From contig NC_042999.1 in NCBI RefSeq assembly GCF_006345805.1, positions 91,822,001 to 91,886,000 of the forward strand: a stretch of 64,000 nt of DNA, given 5' to 3'. Origin of the DNA: Octopus sinensis. Its lineage: Eukaryota. The position numbers and the translations under genes are program-made. Positions within the stretch are counted from its first letter, which is position 1, and every line of letters starts with the position of its first letter. The notes under the pieces are model-generated. The model did no database searches. It was given only the letters and a program-made list of their open reading frames with translations, and was not told the DNA's origin. This document shows, piece after piece, positions 53,872 through 64,000 of this stretch.

Positions 53872-55194
53872 CACGGACATGCAGGAAAAAAATACACACC
53901 TTTAATTTTCAAAATTTCTGATCTAAGCGTCTTAATATGTTTTCAGCGGTGTAGAATTTACAATGTAATTATTCTTTTCTTTTTTTTTCCAGGTGCCATT
54001 ATATTAAACACTTGCGAAGAGTAACCATGCCACGCACAAAAAATTCAGAAGAAGTGTCAGATTTTCAAAGAGGTCGTATTGTTGGGCAATATGAGGCTGG
54101 TCTTAGCCAGCGAAAAATTGTCGAAAATCTTCAAATTCCTCTTGCTACTGTCAATAGAATTATAGTGCAATTCAAAAGGCAAGGAAAAGAATCAGCAGAT
54201 TTACGTCCGGACGACCTGGGCCCTCGGAAAGGAATCTTCGCTGTTTGAAGAGAATTGTGGAAAACGAACCTTGTTCGAAGGCTTCTGACATTGCAAAACA
54301 GCTAGAAGTTAGTCCAAGAACGTGTGTTACATATCTGCATAAGCTCGGGTATTACGTAAATAAATAGTAAACTTTAGTAAAGAAATAATAAGCTGCGGTA
54401 TTATGAACGAGCAGCTAAAAGAAAACATCTCCTTTCACCAATTAATATGAAAAGAATAAATGTGCTAAGGAGATGTCAGAAAAATCCAGTTCATTTTGGA
54501 ATAGAGTGGTTTTCTCAGATGAATCCATATTTGCATTATTTTCAGACAGTGGACGTGTTTAGGTCTGAAGGCTTCCCAATCAAGAATTTGAATTGAAATG
54601 ACTCCAACCAACTGTGAAACATGGCGGTATCTTTGTAATGATATGGGAAGTTGTTACTAGCAATAGTCGTTCTGAGCTGATCGAATGTGTTGGAACCATA
54701 AACTCTGAAACATACATCGAAATATTTAAACAAGGACTACTTCCGATGTATTCACACGATAACATAACGAAAATGAGTTTTTATTCATGGAAGATGAGGC
54801 TCCATGCCACACAGCGAAAAGGAATCAACAATGACTGACTGAAAATGGGATCAAAAAGCTTCCTTGACCGAGTCAATCTTCTGACATGAACACGACTTAA
54901 AATCTTTTGAGCATACTAGTTACAGCTGTGCAAAAAACTGGACAGAAACCTAAATCTGAAGATGAATTGTTTTGATTGTTGCGTGAAAAGTGGGCAGAAA
55001 TTCCACAAGAGACAATCACAAAGCTCACCAGTTCAATGCCAAAAAGAGTTTCTGAATCAGAAACTGAAAAGGGAATGTCAGCTAAATACTAAAGTATTTA
55101 GTCCTACCTATCGAATACATTTCAATTGTTCACTTTGCGTATTAAATAAAAGATTTTGAAAATTAAAGGTGTCTATTTACTTCCTGCATGTCTG
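53872..55194 (+). mobile_element. Near full-length Tc1-family (DD34E) transposon
   Basis: ~45-bp imperfect TIRs (GACATGCAGGAA...CACCTTTAATTTTCAAAAT), flanked by TA, enclosing a transposase pseudogene. Confidence 0.93.
54027..55092 (+). pseudogene. Tc1 transposase pseudogene
   Basis: MPRTKNSEEVSDFQRGRIVG HTH, VVFSDES, FMEDEAPCH, PSQSSDMNTT*NL. There are 34 codons between D and the E position, which is now TAA; several stops and frameshifts. Confidence 0.9.
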
Positions 55195-55221
55195 TACACA
55201 CACACACACACACACCACACA

Positions 55222-55282
<61 letters not shown>

Positions 55283-55298
55283 TCATATATATATATAT

Positions 55299-55337
<39 letters not shown>

Positions 55338-55721
55338 CATGTTAAAAGAAAATAACAACAAAAACCAAGGAAGGACAGGTATCTCAAGTCATTTATAATA
55401 ATTTAGTTAGGGTAAGGTGAATTTGAAATATTACAGGTGTTTCTGCGATATCGCAGGTGACGGGGTAGCATGTCCCTACACTGGGTATTCCGTCATCAGA
55501 GACAAGGTGAGTATATAGGAATGTCCTAGACAGGGAATTGTACTTTTCCTCAAATATATGCCTGCTAAAACGGAAGCCTAATACGGAATCTTATCTGTTC
55601 GTTTAAGATCATCAGTGAACTAAACCCTTCATATTCTATATATATATTTATACACACACACACATATATATACATATATACATATATCAATATATAAATG
55701 TGTGTGTGTATGTATATATAT

Positions 55722-55810
55722 GTGTCTTTCCTGATGAGAAGGCGGCATAATGCACCCTTTATTCCTTCGGAATTGAGAATATGCAGTCTTCGAAACATAT
55801 GTCAAGAATA
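55722..55810 (+). ncRNA. Solitary type I hammerhead ribozyme-like motif with canonical core
   Basis: CTGATGA 55731-55737, stem II GAAGGC/GTCTTC extended by GCATA/TATGC, GAAA, C-ATAT-G stem III, GUC; stem I is weak. Confidence 0.65.
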
Positions 55811-56003
55811 AAGAAATTTTGTTAAATCGTCGTTCGACTACATTCTTTCATTTATTTATAGTAAAAAAACACACAAATTTCCACACGAAAGCACGTGATT
55901 TCTGCCCTTGGCATGTAACTTCAACCGTGTTTTCTGACGTGAATTTGCTACCCGGGTATCGGTTAACCGAATTACCCATACTAGGATAATTCCTTCAACT
56001 ACT

Positions 56004-56099
<96 letters not shown>

Positions 56100-56109
56100 A
56101 AATAATTAT

Positions 56110-56640
56110 TATTATTATCATTATCATTGAGTGAGAGAGCAGCGCATGTCATCAATGTGACATTGGGTTAAAATATACGAAGCCCTGTATAATCACCTAG
56201 ACTACCCGTCTGATAAGGGTACACCAGGTACATGTGCATCACAACCATATGCGCGCAACATGGTGATCTCATATCAAGATAAACAGCGCACGAACTTGCA
56301 GGTGGGGACCAGTTAGAATTTTCTTCAGGTCAAGTAGCACATCCGTCTCAAATGGTCCCTGAATAAGGTTTGTTTAAGGATGATGAACAAAACACCTATG
56401 TTTTCAAAGGTGAATTATCCAAACTCCAAAGAATTCCTTTCAATACATGGCTATGATGCTCCCCAACTACTTCTGCTCCTGATCAGAGATGCCCATATCG
56501 TCAGCCACTAAGAGACATGCTCAACTGGTTAAGGTCAAACAACTGACAAGCAACTGAAATGAGCAGAATATTTGTTGTAGCCCATCTTTTATACCAAGAC
56601 AAAACAATGTACATGATAACACTTCCAGACAGTTAAGATC
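56110..56640 (+). repeat. Unclassified interspersed repeat
   Basis: Partly homologous to 43955-44075; bounded by ATT microsatellites. Confidence 0.55.
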
Positions 56641-56689
56641 GGAATCTGCGTGCCATTGCCTGGTACTATATCAGGGCATTTATTATTAT

Positions 56690-56716
56690 TATTGTTATTA
56701 TTGTTATTATTATTAT

Positions 56717-56780
<64 letters not shown>

Positions 56781-56905
56781 TCAAATTCTGCCGAGGTCGA
56801 CTTTGCCTTTCATCCTTTCAGGGTCAACAAATTAAGTACCAGTTGAGAACTGAGGTCGGTGTAATCGAGTTAACTTCTCCCACCAAATTTCAGGCCTTGT
56901 GACTA
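56690..56905 (+). mobile_element. (TTA)n/(GTA)n microsatellite fused to a 5'-truncated SINE A-related fragment
   Basis: GTTCAAATTCTGCCGAGGTCGACTTTGCC begins directly after (GTA)n. Confidence 0.85.
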
Positions 56906-57044
56906 TAGCATTATTATTATTATTATCATTATTATTATTATCATTATTATTATTATTGTTATTATTTCGCTTATGGAAATTCATGGCATTTTTTTATAGG
57001 TTTCTCAGTTTTAATTCTTATACACACACACGCACGCGCGCGCA

Positions 57045-57229
57045 CGACGTGGTGCTGAAAAGTTCTTGCTTTAAGGGTATCGTGAAAATCTTTTACAGGG
57101 CTTAGAAAAACTGAAGGACCACTGGAATAAGTGCGTGAATCTGAGAGGGGAATATGTTGAACAAAATCATAATTAACCGATCCTCCTATATTTTCTTTAC
57201 CCAAAGCCAGGAACGTTTCAGGACCCCTC

Positions 57230-57230
<1 letters not shown>
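57045..57230 (+). mobile_element. Mariner-derived MITE (copy 2)
   Basis: TIRs GTGCTGAAAAGTTCTTGCTTT / AAAGCCAGGAACGTTTCAGGAC; encodes WNKCVNLRGEYVE. Confidence 0.88.
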
Positions 57231-57272
<42 letters not shown>

Positions 57273-58054
57273 GATATTGAGCGTGAACCTGTATGTGGGT
57301 GTGGGTGTGTGTGTGAGCATGTATATGCACTTCTTTCCATCGGTCTCTTTCGCCGAAAGACGAAGTTTTGGGAACGTAAACAAACCAGCATCGGTTGTGA
57401 AGTAGTAGTAGGGGCCAAACAGAGACACAGAGACATGTGTGTCTAATGATCTGTGAGAAAATGCCATGTGATGAAAACTGCGTGGAAGCGTGTGTTCATG
57501 TGTGTGTGTGTCCATGTGTGTGTCTATGTCTCTGTGTGTGTATGAGAGAGAGCGAGAGAGAGAAAGAAAAAGAGAGAGAGAGAAAGAGTTTGCGTCACTT
57601 TGTGTTTGTGCATCACACCACCAGCGCTTGAAAACCGATATTTGTTTGTTTACGTCCCAATAGAACAGTGGTTCAGCAATAAATACCACACTGCTGTGGT
57701 ATTTATAAGTAAGTACTGGTGTGGATCTGTTCGACTAAACTGTCCAAGGTGGTGTCTCTTCATAGCTGCAGCAGCCTAATGATCGACGTAGGTAAAAGAT
57801 AAGAGATGTGTGCGTGTATGCATGTATAGATTTATACATGCATAGTACTATGTATATATATACATATAAACATACATAAACTTACATATGTATATATATA
57901 TATACAAACACATACAAACACGCACATAAACATGCATACATACATACATGCATGCATACATACATACATACATACATACATACGTACGTACGTACACACG
58001 TGTGTATGTGTATGCACGTACATACATATCTGGGAAGGAGGCAGTCAGAATACC

Positions 58055-58273
58055 TATTTATTTACTACACACGAGGGGCTAAACCCAGAGAGGACAAACA
58101 AGAACAAACGGATTAAGTCGATTTTATCGACCCCAGTGGTACTTATTTAATCGACCCCGAAAGGATGAAAAGCAAAGTCGACCTCGGCGGAATTTGAACT
58201 CAGGACGTAACGGCAGACGAAATACGGCTACGCATTTCGCCCGGTGTGCTAACGTTTCTGCCAGCTCGCCGCC
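58055..58273 (-). mobile_element. tRNA-derived SINE, family A (full length)
   Basis: Reverse complement of the 46888 copy. Confidence 0.93.
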
Positions 58274-60044
58274 TGTCAGAATACCGTTTGATCGCAGATC
58301 TCCAACAACACGTGTTATCAAAATTACTTATTTTATCAACCACCTGTTAAAATAATTTTCCTAGATCTAAATTTCTCTAAAAAAATTAAGCATGCACAGC
58401 TTTTATTAACAAACCCCTACGTGGCTGCTCGAAATATTAGCGAATTACCCTCCTCAAAACAAAACGTATTAGATAACACGATCTGGGTTAAATTATATCC
58501 GAAGGGACTAAAAATTTAATGATCATAACTTGAAAAGCTTTTGATCAAGGACCTGCTCTGTTAACCTGAAGCTAAATAACAGCAACTAATTCCCTTTGTG
58601 AACTTTAACATTAAACAACAGTTTGTATATTAATATTTTTGTTGTTGTTGTTTTTGTTTTTGGTGGTGGTGGTGGCGGAAGTTGTGGTAGTCGTCGTCGT
58701 TTTTTTTTAATTGTGTAATCGTTACTCCTGTTTATTTACAATAGTGAAAAGCATAATATGGTGGATGAGGTAGAAAGACTGGATTCTACTTGTCTGTCGA
58801 AAGTGAAGAGCACATCATTAAAAGTATAAAGACTGAAAAGGTCCTGACCTTGAGAAACTATTTTAATTTATTTTCTTCTTGAAAGGCAAAGCGTGGGTTT
58901 AAGTAGCATGTTGCGTATATATGTGTGTATGTATATGTATCTGCGTGTATGTGTGCGTGTGCTTCTCTCTGTGTGCGCGTGCATATAATTGCGCGTGTGT
59001 GTGTGCGCACGCGTGTGTGTGTGCGCACGCATGTGTGTGAGCGTGTGTGCGTGCGTACGTGTGTATGTGTGCGTGAGCTTATGTTCAAAGTCATGAAAGC
59101 AATCGTATATATTTCTTAAACGAAATTCCATGGTGATATTTTGAAGTGACCATTATTAAAGATGATGATGATGATGATGATGATTACGTTCGACTTTGGT
59201 AGAAGGGGTTAAAATATGTTCTAGTTATTGTTGTTATTTATAGCCCTAGTCGATCCTCATCGGGCAAGCAGATGATTAAAGACGTTCTTCTGGGCAATAT
59301 CCATCCCTGATGTTGAGAGAGGGATTGTTTATGATTATATTATCTAATATGTCCCTTCCCACTTTTTGAGATGATGGTCCCTTAAAATGCCCTTCAAGTC
59401 ACTCTTTAAGTATAAAAATGGTGGTTTGAAGAAGCACCTTTTTCTTTTTCAGGAAGGATGGTTTGAAAGAGAGTTTACTACTGTTTCGTAGCTCGAATGA
59501 CCACGTAACGGTACACAGTTTAACTCGCAAAAATACAAGTGGATTAACGAAGTCAATATTATCCATTGTTTCTTATGTCTCCCCCAAGGTTAAGACAAGG
59601 AACAACTGTCAAATGTCATTGGCCTGAGAGTGTTACATAGGAAAGCAGGTGTTGTCTGCCGAGAAAAAGGAATTTGACGAAACCAATGTTTCACGTTCAT
59701 TCGTTCAATTTCTGGGCATTAACCGTGTTTATGATAAACGGATGTATTCACATGTACGATGGACCTGACGGTTAACAGCCTTTGGCAATAGGCTTTTCTC
59801 TGCTTGATGGTTGTAGTAATGAAAGTTATCGTTAGATGGGGGACACAATTAAAGACAGAGATTTTCCTTGCTATGTTCCCATCAGATTACTTGAAGAAGA
59901 AAGTGTGAGCAGAAAAGGAGTAACTGCTTTCCAGAAAATTTTCAGAATTTTATGCGACAGTGGCGATATTGGCACCGCAGTTAAACGGATCTACTCCGAC
60001 TACACAGCTCTATTTTAGCAACATGAGCTGAGAAATAGCATTTA

Positions 60045-61380
60045 CGAGGTGTATTCCATGAGTTTTGAGACTATTTTATGAGAGGGAGTTATAACTCGCC
60101 CAAATTATTCTAATTTTACTATATCATTACTATACATGTAAAATGCTGGCCTGCTAACACTTTTTTAAATTTCAGATTAAAGGAGATTTTGAATACACTC
60201 AACTAAACACTGGTTATCACACCTGACTACTGTGCAGAATACCGTCAGGACTTGAAAGCAATTTCGAAACTCGCTATGCAATAAGATTTTATATTAAACT
60301 CAACAAAACCATTACAGATACTTATGATGTGTTCCAGACTGCTTATAGATCAACTTGTACGAGCCGGACATGTTTTAGTTAGCACAAGAGGTCCAAGGAT
60401 GGTAAAGAGGAGGTGGAAGACAGTGAGAGGTGTGGAAGAGAGAGGTGTGCGAGGGAGATGTGTGGGAAGGAGAGTTGTGGGAGGGAGAGGTGTGCGAGGA
60501 AGACGTGTGGGAGGGACGTAAGAACACCAGAGCTGGTTGAGTAAATTCGTAATTTTCTGGATGAAGAACGTCGTATGTCTATAAAGACAATGAACATACA
60601 GTTTGGGGCTGGTGTGGCAATCATACATAATGAGGATCTGCACATGAGAAAAATTTGTGCAAAGTTTGATTCCAGGGAGCTCAGGGTCGAACAAAAGGAG
60701 AGATACGTTGGTGAGTGTAGGAGAATGATTGAGCTTATTACCACCTAAACAAGAGTACTTGTATCTATGACGAAAGCTGGATCTACTGATATGATCCAGA
60801 GACCAGGAGACATGGTACCTAATGGGAGCATCCTGGCAACTCCAGACCTAAGAAGCCCAGACAAAGAAAGTCTACCGAGAACTTATTGATGACTCATTTT
60901 TTTCGACCGAAATAGTACCATTTACATCTATTAAGATTCCTTTGGCCAGAAGGTCAACAAAGAGTACTTTATGGAGGTTTTGAGGAAGTTCAGGAAGGGA
61001 TTTCGGTGCAAAAGCCTTGAGCTTTTCCATTAAGGTGGGCGGAACCTGCTCCAGGATAATGCGCTAGTCCATAATTTCATTCTAGTAATCATGTACTTGA
61101 AAGAGGTGGGCATCAAAACTGTCCCTCACTCTCCCTGAAGCCCAGAAATTGTTCTCTGTGACATTCTTTTGAAGATATTGAAAAGATGAAGGAAGCTGTG
61201 ATAAGGGTCCTGTACACTTTCACTTTGGAGAAGAGCCATGGGGCCTTCACGAATTGGCTTTAGCGCTAAAGGGGCATTGAAGTCAGAAGATTTTATTTTG
61301 GAGGAGTTAAGAGTTTTGTACTTCTTTGAAATTAATAACAATCTCTCCTGCAAAAAGTTCCCAAATTTTTGGTATGCACA
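60045..61380 (+). mobile_element. Near full-length decayed mariner element
   Basis: TA-CGAGGTGTATTCC start; KRSKDGKEEVEDSERCGR, MRKICAKF, DESWIY, LQDNALVH, TVPHSP*SPEIVLCD; degenerate right TIR. Confidence 0.9.
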
Positions 61381-61809
61381 CAGAATTTTTATCGTACATC
61401 AGGATATTCTAGGATTTTCTGAGAAGTTCATTTTGATCTTTATTGTTAACAGTTGAGATGCACGATGAGTGACGAAACCGTTTTGTATGCACTCGTCCCG
61501 TGTCCCAGCCCTGTCGAATCACACATAGGACACCTCTGGCTATCAACTGAATCCATTGTGAAGATCGCCCATTTGCTTTCCTTTGGCAGGAAATGGCGGG
61601 CATATTTATTAGTCAAGTGATCCCAGCGAAAGAGATTGTGTGGTGCACCAGATTGAAAGGGTGAAGATGAACATTTTTCTGTTGAGCCAAGCTCTCGTCA
61701 ACTCTTTCAGGTTTCATTTCAAAAGAAAATGGAGGGTGGGCGAAGAAATTTTTTCTTCCAGCAACTCTTGAAATGTAAATGACAGTTGCGAGCATGGGTT
61801 GAGTGAAAA

Positions 61810-62010
61810 GCTTGCCTAGCGCATGAGCTTTTAGACGGGGTGGGGAAAAACAATTGCCTATAGAGCCCAGCGGTGAACTGGTATTTCTTTTATCAACCTC
61901 GAAAGGGTGAAAGGCAAAGTTGACCTCGGGGTGGTTTGAACTCAAAGCATGAAGACGGGAGAAATGCCGCTAAGCATTTTCCCGTTGTACGAATGATTCT
62001 GCTAGCTCAA
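61810..62010 (-). mobile_element. Degenerate SINE A-related copy
   Basis: GAAAGGGTGAAAGGCAAAGTTGACCTCGG...TTTGAACTCA on the plus strand. Confidence 0.8.
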
Positions 62011-62283
62011 TAATAATTATCCTTGGGTTCTGATTTGGGAAGAATATTGTGTAAAATGTCTGTAACGTTTCCTTCGATTCTTTATATTCCGCGCTCGAAT
62101 ACCGCCTAGGCCAACTTTGTCTTCCATGATTGCAGGGTCGATAAAATATATTAGTTAAATAGGATGGTTGATGATATCGACTTATCCCCTCTAAGTGTCG
62201 CATGTTATTCTGTAAGAGTATATTTTGTGTATGTGTTTGAGCGAGTGTGTGTGCGCGGGATGGTATGAATATGTTCATTTGTA

Positions 62284-62498
62284 CGAGTGGATGCTGAGTA
62301 GCTCCTGGCTTTAAGAGTATCGCAAAAAGCCTGGTTGAAGGACCAACTTTCCGAGTCCTTTTACAGAGCTTAGAAAACTGAAAGAACGCTGCAATAAGTG
62401 TGCGAATCTGAGAGGGGGATATATTGAATAAGACCAAAATTAACTGATCCTCCTGTATCTTCTTTTACTCAAAGCCAGGAGCTTTTCAGCCCCTCTCC
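62284..62498 (+). mobile_element. Mariner-derived MITE (copy 3)
   Basis: Same TIRs and internal sequence as 50701 and 57045. Confidence 0.85.
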
Positions 62499-63390
62499 TC
62501 TCAAATGTGTCACAGTTATGGATGACATCATAGTAACTACGCGTTGAATGCATGTTAGGTTGTGCATAATGCTACAGCGTTTTTTTTTTTCGTTTTCTTA
62601 GTGAGAAATGACGAAATTTGTTTAAAAAGGTGTTGGTATCATAAGAAACGAAATTATTCTCTTTCGTGGTTTCAGGAACCATTTTCTAAAATAAATTTCA
62701 CGCACAGTCGCTTATGTCTAATTCTATATAGGTTGAAATATTTTGGCACTGCGCATGTTAATTTAAAAACAAAGAACCCTCATACAAGTAAACAGACTTT
62801 GAATTTTAGAATCGTATTGATGAATGAGATTCTAGGAAAATAAATAGATTAACGCTATAATTACACGTCGCAGATTGGCAGATTAGTTACAGAGTTTGAA
62901 AAGTGCCATGTGGTGTATATTCTGGCGTTTTTAAGTTCTGAGTGTAAACTCGATCCAGGTCAAATTTGCCTTTTATTCGTCCAGTGTTGACTCTCATTAT
63001 TCAAGAAGGGGCTCTTCGACTATCTGGACTAGCTCCTACCCTCACAAATTGCAGGAAATATATTTATTGCATCTAAATATTTTGATAATGGTAAATAACG
63101 AAATAGTGTTAAAATATAAAATTTCCTGTATAATTTCAGGTGAGATATTTAGAACTGATAAACGGAATTGGCATTAAGTAATGTGAATTTTGTATTTTTT
63201 TAAAATCTCCCTTCCTGCCTTTCGAACGCCACGCACGCACACAAACATGCTTACTCCCCAACACACACACACTACTGGAATAATCACGCACAAACACACA
63301 CACGCAAACACACGCACACACACACAAACACGATTCCAAGAAAATGTTAATCGTCTATTTTACTTCACCCAAAACAAATAAGAAACTACT

Positions 63391-63426
<36 letters not shown>

Positions 63427-64000
63427 GTGCGTGTGAGAGTGTGTGATATTATATATGTTTATGTGTTTTGTGTATATATGCGCCTATATATTATATATGT
63501 ATATATTACGCCTATGCATGTATGTATAAGTGATTATTATTATCTGCTGGCTTGTTCGAGCGTAATTTTTATATGGCTCTTAAATGTTTTGGATTTTATC
63601 ATAGAAACATTAAGATCTAAATTGAAAGACGTTCCAGCCGAGACCATACTCACATTATTCTCAGCTAAGTGTACGTGGGATTATATTTCCTAATGTATCG
63701 CTTTCATTTCAAAGACGATATGGCGAGTTAAGAAGAAGCTAAACTTACTAGAAAAAAACGAGGGATGTTATCATTGACTTGTTCGAAATTATTATTATTG
63801 AATGTAAAGAATGTGACTCAGGGTTTTGCTATACTTTTTTTTTACCTCTGCATTATGAGCTCAAATACAGATGATTTTTTTAAATAACGCTCCACACATC
63901 AATCGGTTAGATGGTTGGTGAATAACCATCGACTAAATCGTTCACATTCATGAACATTCAATTTCTACTGTGGTAAAGTCAACAACCAGAATCATATCTG

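Noticed and set aside
59836-60018. 60-aa ORF MGDTIKDRDFPCYVPIRLL...
   Set aside because: No recognisable homology or convincing splice context; this length is expected by chance.
61428-61455. Minimal hammerhead-like CGATGAGTGACGAAAC
   Set aside because: Core mismatched, 1-bp stem II, no stem I or III.

Overview
AT-rich eukaryotic non-genic or intronic DNA, densely packed with microsatellites and decayed transposons. The SINE families and repeat landscape suggest an octopus or other coleoid cephalopod (inference from recalled repeats, not a database match). No intact host gene, rRNA, true tRNA or CRISPR array is supported. Supported elements: three Penelope-like retroelement (PLE) remnants; RTE and CR1-type LINE fragments; a near full-length Tc1; two mariners; mariner/Tc1 MITEs; maT-like and pogo/Tigger-like fragments; a 230-bp LTR-retrotransposon relic with tRNA-Ser PBS and TSD; and many tRNA-derived SINEs. 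The most notable non-obvious signals are type I hammerhead-ribozyme folds (38521-38566, its inverted copy at 36446-36531 with a structured 40-nt stem II extension, and a solitary one at 55722-55810), three inverted-repeat structures, a LINE/SINE shared 3' stem-loop tail, and an in-frame six-fold expansion of the GRP-like linker in a mariner transposase. All alignments and folds were done by eye, and coordinates of decayed elements are approximate.
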